This document shows, piece after piece, positions 58,788-64,000 of a stretch of DNA of 64,000 nt (position 1 is the first letter of the stretch; every line of letters starts with the position of its first letter). The notes beneath the pieces are model-generated. The model had not been told where the DNA came from and ran no database searches. It saw nothing but the letters and a program-made list of their open reading frames with translations. The stretch is from a virus. The stretch covers positions 64,001-128,000 of IMG/VR virus record IMGVR_UViG_3300027708_000022, one strand, 5' to 3'. The translations under genes and the position numbers were made by a program.

Positions 58788-59605
58788 TTTACCATATCTT
58801 CAACTATTTGTCTGATATCATACTTAGGAATGTAACCTAATGACTTTAACTTATCGTTTTTCATCCACATTGACTTGACCTGCACCTTCTGATGGAACAT
58901 AGGGATTTCGATTGGAACTAACTTCCCATCACCACCGATCAGGTCTTTTGCATACCCAATAATATCTTTGAAAAAGATTCTCTTGCCGTTGCCTATATTG
59001 TAGATAGTATCAGTCTCACCCATTTCAATTACCAAATTGATAGCAGCTGCAACATCTTCCACATGGATGTAATCACGATAAAGGTTACCGCCATCATATA
59101 CATTCACATCACGACCAGCTTTCAATTCATTAATCATATGTTGTAGGGCATTCTTCTGTGGTGATGCCTTCTTGTCTCCTTGACCCGCTACATTAGCTAA
59201 TCTAAGAATTCTATATTTAATATTGAATGTTTCACAATAAGAAATTAATAATTGTTCAGCACACCGTTTGGTGATAGAATAGAAACCTGTTGGGTTACAG
59301 TATGATGTTTCTTTTGCAGGCATCTCAGTATCACCATAGACAAACCATGAGCTGATGAAGTTGAAGATAATACCTGTATCTTTACATTGCTCAAGTACCC
59401 TTATCATAGTAGTTAGATTTGTATCAATATCAACATAAGGGTCAACCTTAACATTATAATTGGTTACAGTTGAAATGAAATACACAATTTCAGTTGCATC
59501 TAAGGACACTCTGTAATCGTTTCGGCCATTTACAATCATATCATGTTTTGTTTTAACATACTCAGACCCAACAAACCCTTTACCACCAAATACTTGTATT
59601 GTCAT
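58784..59605 (-). CDS. NAD-dependent epimerase/dehydratase
   Basis: GGKGFVG, ISSWFVYG, YSITK, RDYIHVED. Confidence 0.9.
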   Translation of the reverse strand: MTIQVFGGKGFVGSEYVKTKHDMIVNGRNDYRVSLDATEIVYFISTVTNYNVKVDPYVDIDTNLTTMIRVLEQCKDTGIIFNFISSWFVYGDTEMPAKETSYCNPTGFYSITKRCAEQLLISYCETFNIKYRILRLANVAGQGDKKASPQKNALQHMINELKAGRDVNVYDGGNLYRDYIHVEDVAAAINLVIEMGETDTIYNIGNGKRIFFKDIIGYAKDLIGGDGKLVPIEIPMFHQKVQVKSMWMKNDKLKSLGYIPKYDIRQIVEDMVK

Positions 59606-59787
59606 AATGCAGCTTTTAATTTTTCAATTTCTGAACTTGACATATAAATTTTATTAGTATAAGTTTGAACCTTATCGTCCTTTTTCACCTCACGGCGAAA
59701 TACCAATTCATATGTATCTGGTATATTAGTTAATTTGTTTTTTTCCAAAATTAACTTATAATCATTTCTTTCTATAATTACGGACAT
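59602..59787 (-). CDS. hypothetical protein
   Basis: ORF track. Confidence 0.45.
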   Translation of the reverse strand: MSVIIERNDYKLILEKNKLTNIPDTYELVFRREVKKDDKVQTYTNKIYMSSSEIEKLKAAL

Positions 59788-61058
59788 TTTTTTAATACCT
59801 CTTCGATATATTCAAAAACTTTATCATTCCAAAATGGTGGGCATCCTAAGATAAACACATGAGACAATGCTTTGTTTGCTAGTGGATACTTATTGTAATC
59901 ATCTAAATGTTTAAAACCTGGATGTAACAGAATATTACCAGCAAAATAATTGCGTGTTTGGATCTTATTAGCTTCTAAGTATGCAACTAATTTCTCTTTT
60001 TCTTGTTGTGTCTCACAAATGATTGGCACACCAAACCAAGACGGATCAGATTGAGGTAAAGTATCTGCAATTCGAACATTCAAATATTTTTCTAACAATA
60101 GGGACAATCGAGCTTTATGTTCACGGCGTTTTGTATCAATAAAGTCCACTTTCTCCAACTGAGCAATACCAATTGCTCCTTGCATATCGAGTGGCTTTAG
60201 ATTGTATCCTGCATGGGAGAAAATATACTTGTGGTCAATGATACCATCATATGTATCTAACCAACGGTCAAATCTATTACCACAAGTACCGCATGGCAAT
60301 TGGTTATTTGAACCAACACAATAGCAATCTCTACCCCACCAGCTTAGTGAGCGCACAATGTCAATAAATTCTGGTGTATTGGATGAAACCATGCCACCCT
60401 CACCAGTTGAAATGTGGTGTGCAGGATAGAATGATGTTGACCAACAGAAGTACATATCGGTAAGAAGTTTACCATTCCATTTTGTACCCAATGAGTCACA
60501 GTTATCACCAACTAGAATCAAATTATGTCGTTCACATAATTCTCTAATAAAATCCATGTCAGGTGGATTAGCAAGAACAGGTGATACAACAATAGCCTTT
60601 GTTCTAGGTGTAATCTTTGCTTCAATTAGATTAACATCAAAGTTTAGTGTATCAAACTCAATATCAACGAATACAGGTTTAAGATTGTTCTGCATCAATG
60701 GTGCAATCGTTGTTGGGAAACCAACTGGTGATACAATCACCTCATCATTATCTTGCCATTTGAAATGCTTCTTCAATGCACCAATCATCACCAAGTTGGC
60801 TGAACTACCTGAGTTGACCATGTGTGATTGTTTTACATTATATTTCTTTGAGAATCTAATTTGAAATTTCTCAACATTCTCGCCAGCAGAAATCCATTTG
60901 CCAGTTAGGAACGCCTTGAGAGATAACTCCATCTCCCTTTCGTCCCACAATTGACCTGAGTACATGACATAATCTTCACCGGGTTTGAAGTTGTCATAGT
61001 TCTGTAGGTACTTTGGTTTAGCCAGTTTTGCTAATTCTTTAATTTTCTCGTCAATCAT
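59778..61058 (-). CDS. DegT/RfbH-family PMP-dependent sugar 3-dehydrase
   Basis: VNSGSSANL, DNCDSLG, SFYPAHHISTGEGG (His at the usual Lys position), WGRDCYC...CG.RF. Confidence 0.85.
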   Translation of the reverse strand: MIDEKIKELAKLAKPKYLQNYDNFKPGEDYVMYSGQLWDEREMELSLKAFLTGKWISAGENVEKFQIRFSKKYNVKQSHMVNSGSSANLVMIGALKKHFKWQDNDEVIVSPVGFPTTIAPLMQNNLKPVFVDIEFDTLNFDVNLIEAKITPRTKAIVVSPVLANPPDMDFIRELCERHNLILVGDNCDSLGTKWNGKLLTDMYFCWSTSFYPAHHISTGEGGMVSSNTPEFIDIVRSLSWWGRDCYCVGSNNQLPCGTCGNRFDRWLDTYDGIIDHKYIFSHAGYNLKPLDMQGAIGIAQLEKVDFIDTKRREHKARLSLLLEKYLNVRIADTLPQSDPSWFGVPIICETQQEKEKLVAYLEANKIQTRNYFAGNILLHPGFKHLDDYNKYPLANKALSHVFILGCPPFWNDKVFEYIEEVLKKCP

Positions 61059-61780
61059 TAATATCTCTCAATTTGGCCATTGCCTGCCAAAACCCCCTCA
61101 CAATATAAATTATCAAATTGTACCAAGTATTCTTTCTTAATGTTACCAAAATGTGCGTGTTCAGTATCCACACCAAACTTATTGATAGTATTATATATCT
61201 GTGGTAATGTGTGTAAGTAATCATCCATTAACGATACACAGAACGAATACATTCTTGTAATCAATAAGTGGTCACAAGAAGATTCAATTTGTTTATTTGG
61301 TGGCAACCAAGACGGAATAGATTTTTTAAATACATACTTACCATACAAGTCATCATATGCCTTTGGATCATATCCTTCAAGTATATTTGTTCTACCTGAC
61401 AATTTGAATACTCTACGAACACCAGCCATCATTTGCTGTAATTCAGGATGAAATTTCAAAGAATTTAAAGTTTTAAACAATAACACAATTTCGGCTTGGG
61501 ATTTAAGACCTGCATTTGCAAGAGACATTGAATCTTCATTACCAAAAAGATTGATAAATTTATCAGAATATTGGCAAACACTAGCCATTGTGGCTTCGTC
61601 AACCATTCTTGATGAGGCATCTACTAATAAAATTATAGCAGAAGGTACACGTTTGCGTAAAGATTTTAATCCTAAAATTGTTTGATTCAATCTTGCTTCA
61701 TCATCAATAACACCAATGCTAGTTTTTAGGGCGGAGGTTACGATGAACAAGTCTCTATTAGGTATAATCATTTGTGCCAT
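61058..61780 (-). CDS. hypothetical glyco-cluster protein
   Basis: FIVTSA, QT..G..SLR, RVFKLSGR, TRMYSF. Confidence 0.6.
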   Translation of the reverse strand: MAQMIIPNRDLFIVTSALKTSIGVIDDEARLNQTILGLKSLRKRVPSAIILLVDASSRMVDEATMASVCQYSDKFINLFGNEDSMSLANAGLKSQAEIVLLFKTLNSLKFHPELQQMMAGVRRVFKLSGRTNILEGYDPKAYDDLYGKYVFKKSIPSWLPPNKQIESSCDHLLITRMYSFCVSLMDDYLHTLPQIYNTINKFGVDTEHAHFGNIKKEYLVQFDNLYCEGVLAGNGQIERY

Positions 61781-62454
61781 TCCGTATCAGGAAACATCTT
61801 AATCGTTTTATATTCAATGTTGAATTTACTATTATACACGAAGTCAATCAATTTTACAAGTTCTATTGGTGAAATTGCCTTACTTACATCACCACATGGG
61901 TAAGGTATATCTCTATTCCATAATGGTGTATCAATACCGCCTGGATGAATACTTGTTACTTTGATTCCTCTTGGTCGCAATTCTTGGCCAAGAACACCAG
62001 CAAATCCTGTAAGTCCGTGCTTAGAAGAACAGTATGCTGATTGATTCTCCAGTTCTTCAAGACCTGCAACTGAATTAATAAAGAAGATACGACTGCCTTT
62101 TTTCATCTTCTGCAAAGCAAATTTAGTCACATACATAGCTCCTTTAAGATTGATATCAATCATATCATCAATTTCATCAATACTAGTTTGTGAAAATGGT
62201 TTCATCTTAAACACAGCTGCATTGTTAACTAGAATGTCAATATTGCCAATCTGTTCAAAAACAACACTTAGTAAATATGGATTGGTGATATCAACCTCAA
62301 AGTGTTTATAGTTTTCAAATTGAAATATAGATTCACCACGAGCAAAACCAATTACAGTCCATCCCTTCTCAATGTAATCATGTGCGATTGCTGCACCAAC
62401 ACCACTGGTTGTACCAGTAATCAAAATAGTCTTATTCATAGTTAACTTCTTCAA
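61768..62454 (-). CDS. short-chain dehydrogenase/reductase
   Basis: TGTTSGVG, NNAA, YCSSK, HPGGIDT. Confidence 0.9.
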   Translation of the reverse strand: MKKLTMNKTILITGTTSGVGAAIAHDYIEKGWTVIGFARGESIFQFENYKHFEVDITNPYLLSVVFEQIGNIDILVNNAAVFKMKPFSQTSIDEIDDMIDINLKGAMYVTKFALQKMKKGSRIFFINSVAGLEELENQSAYCSSKHGLTGFAGVLGQELRPRGIKVTSIHPGGIDTPLWNRDIPYPCGDVSKAISPIELVKLIDFVYNSKFNIEYKTIKMFPDTEWHK

Positions 62455-63574
62455 ACAAATCTGAAGCTTTCTTTATCTCTTCATCGGTTACATCATTCAG
62501 TATCATATAGTTACCAATGCCAACAGGTACAGGTAAGTATTGATTACCGTTTCGATGTTTCATTGTATCAGATAATGATTTTTTAAGCAAGTCAAAATTA
62601 CAGAAATCTTTATGAAATACAGGCAATTTTAAACTGTGTGCTGTCTTAAAGATTCTTTCTAAGGTTTCAGTATCAATATAACCACGAACATTAGCAAGAC
62701 AAGAACTCAACAGGCAATCTAGCACAACAGCCTCACCATGCTGTAATGTGTCCATATTCTGCATTTCAATAATAGGACTAAATGAATGACCAAAGTCAAC
62801 GCATCGGTCTAGTTTTTTCTCCCATAGATTTGGTGCTAATTCTTCAATCATGCCTGTAATGGCAGAATTGATTACTCGAACTGGTACGGCACCAAACTGG
62901 AATTTCTCGGTGATTAATTGCTCTGCGCTTGTCTCTAGCAACTCAAACAATTCTTTGTCTTTGATTACTGCAAGTTTAAATATCTCCGCAATACCATTAA
63001 CAATGTTTCTCTCATCTTGTGTAGCAATAAACTTCTTATCCAATAATGTTGCAATTGGTGGGTAATATGCACCTATACGATTTCTACGACCAAAGTGGTT
63101 AGCCGCAACTTTAACACCAACCGAAGCATCTACAATGGCCAATAGTGTAGTTGGCACCTTAACATAAGGAATGCCTCTACGATAGATTGAGCAACAGAAA
63201 CCAACCAAGTCTAACAGAACACCACCGCCAATAACGATGATGGCTTCTCTACGCAAAACACCAACTCTTTCAAAGAAACCTAAAATCTGGTCGGTATGAT
63301 ACCAATCTTTGTTTTCTTCTGTGGCATCAACCACAAACAATTCTAATTCTACCTGAAATGTTTTGAAGTATGTTTCTAATTGTTCGCCATATAGTTTATA
63401 TACAGTTTCATCTATGACAACCACTCTGCGATTGGACTCACCAAAACTCAACAGGTCGTGATTGTTTACATTGAATACATCACTAGAGTACTTTAATGTA
63501 AACTCAATTGGTAGTTCGGCCTTGACAGACCATGTGCGTTTGTAATTATCAAATTTCGTTAATACATTTTCCAT
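62432..63574 (-). CDS. sugar-phosphate cyclase (DHQS superfamily), 2-epi-5-epi-valiolone synthase-like
   Basis: GGGVLLD, PTTLL..VDASVG.K, AEIFK, MIEELAPNLWE..LDRCVDFGHSFSP, LQHGEAV. Confidence 0.8.
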   Translation of the reverse strand: MENVLTKFDNYKRTWSVKAELPIEFTLKYSSDVFNVNNHDLLSFGESNRRVVVIDETVYKLYGEQLETYFKTFQVELELFVVDATEENKDWYHTDQILGFFERVGVLRREAIIVIGGGVLLDLVGFCCSIYRRGIPYVKVPTTLLAIVDASVGVKVAANHFGRRNRIGAYYPPIATLLDKKFIATQDERNIVNGIAEIFKLAVIKDKELFELLETSAEQLITEKFQFGAVPVRVINSAITGMIEELAPNLWEKKLDRCVDFGHSFSPIIEMQNMDTLQHGEAVVLDCLLSSCLANVRGYIDTETLERIFKTAHSLKLPVFHKDFCNFDLLKKSLSDTMKHRNGNQYLPVPVGIGNYMILNDVTDEEIKKASDLFEEVNYE

Positions 63575-63999
63575 TATTTAAAAACCTTACTCAATAAATG
63601 GCAAGCATGGACATAGAAGAACATTGCCTTCTCTGTTTCACCCGCTGCACATTTGAATGGCAACATACGAATGAATTGTGTTGCCTCTAATACATCAATT
63701 GTCTTTTTCTCCCATGGGTCAATTCTATCTTCAAATAGTTTATTAAATACAATAAAATTATTTGGAATACTACCGTGATATCCCACCGATGGGCCAACAA
63801 CTTTTACTCCTCGGTCAGTAATATAACCATAATGACTTCTTGAGCATTGTAACACCTGTGAATAATCTAAGAGGCGAGAATCAAGACAACTTTCTTCATA
63901 AGGATCAATAAACATCACTCTATCCTCTTTAAAGGAATACATCATGTTTTCAAGAGTTGGATTACCATGGATAGTTTCTTCTGTTGTAAGATTTAGCTG
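63574..63999 (-). CDS. APH/kinase-like phosphotransferase (5' part outside window)
   Basis: Frame stays open to the window end: ...TIHGNPTLENMMYSF..RVMFIDP. Confidence 0.55.
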   Translation of the reverse strand, partial: QLNLTTEETIHGNPTLENMMYSFKEDRVMFIDPYEESCLDSRLLDYSQVLQCSRSHYGYITDRGVKVVGPSVGYHGSIPNNFIVFNKLFEDRIDPWEKKTIDVLEATQFIRMLPFKCAAGETEKAMFFYVHACHLLSKVFK

Positions 64000-64000
64000 A

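Overview
A 64-kb segment of a large T4-like (myovirus-type) phage genome, AT-rich and almost entirely on the minus strand. The spanins and an outer-membrane beta-barrel gene point to a Gram-negative host. Contents, left to right: (1) replication/late-transcription genes (gp32, gp59, gp33, dsbA, RNase H) with a circularly permuted two-piece tmRNA and a ClpP-like protease; (2) a ~9-kb tRNA array with 26 tRNAs covering all 20 amino acids, interleaved with a TROVE/Ro60-like vWA protein, a YkuK-like RNase H-fold protein, an HNH nuclease, a metallophosphoesterase and several unannotated structured RNA families; (3) small early genes driven by repeated sigma70-type promoter cassettes with a TGTTG-N8-CAACA palindrome; (4) nucleotide metabolism (phoH, nrdAB, thyX), primase and a lysis cassette; (5) probable capsid-targeted internal proteins; (6) a sugar/cyclitol biosynthesis cluster. 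The most striking observation is directly upstream of the tRNA array. An apparently leaderless 42-codon ORF (21282-21410, absent from the ORF track) contains all 20 amino acids in 33 different codons, and its last codons can pair with the 5' arm of the following intrinsic terminator. This is a candidate attenuator that senses the whole tRNA pool and could switch on phage tRNA supply when any host tRNA is depleted or cleaved. All protein calls are from motif recognition only; no database search was run.
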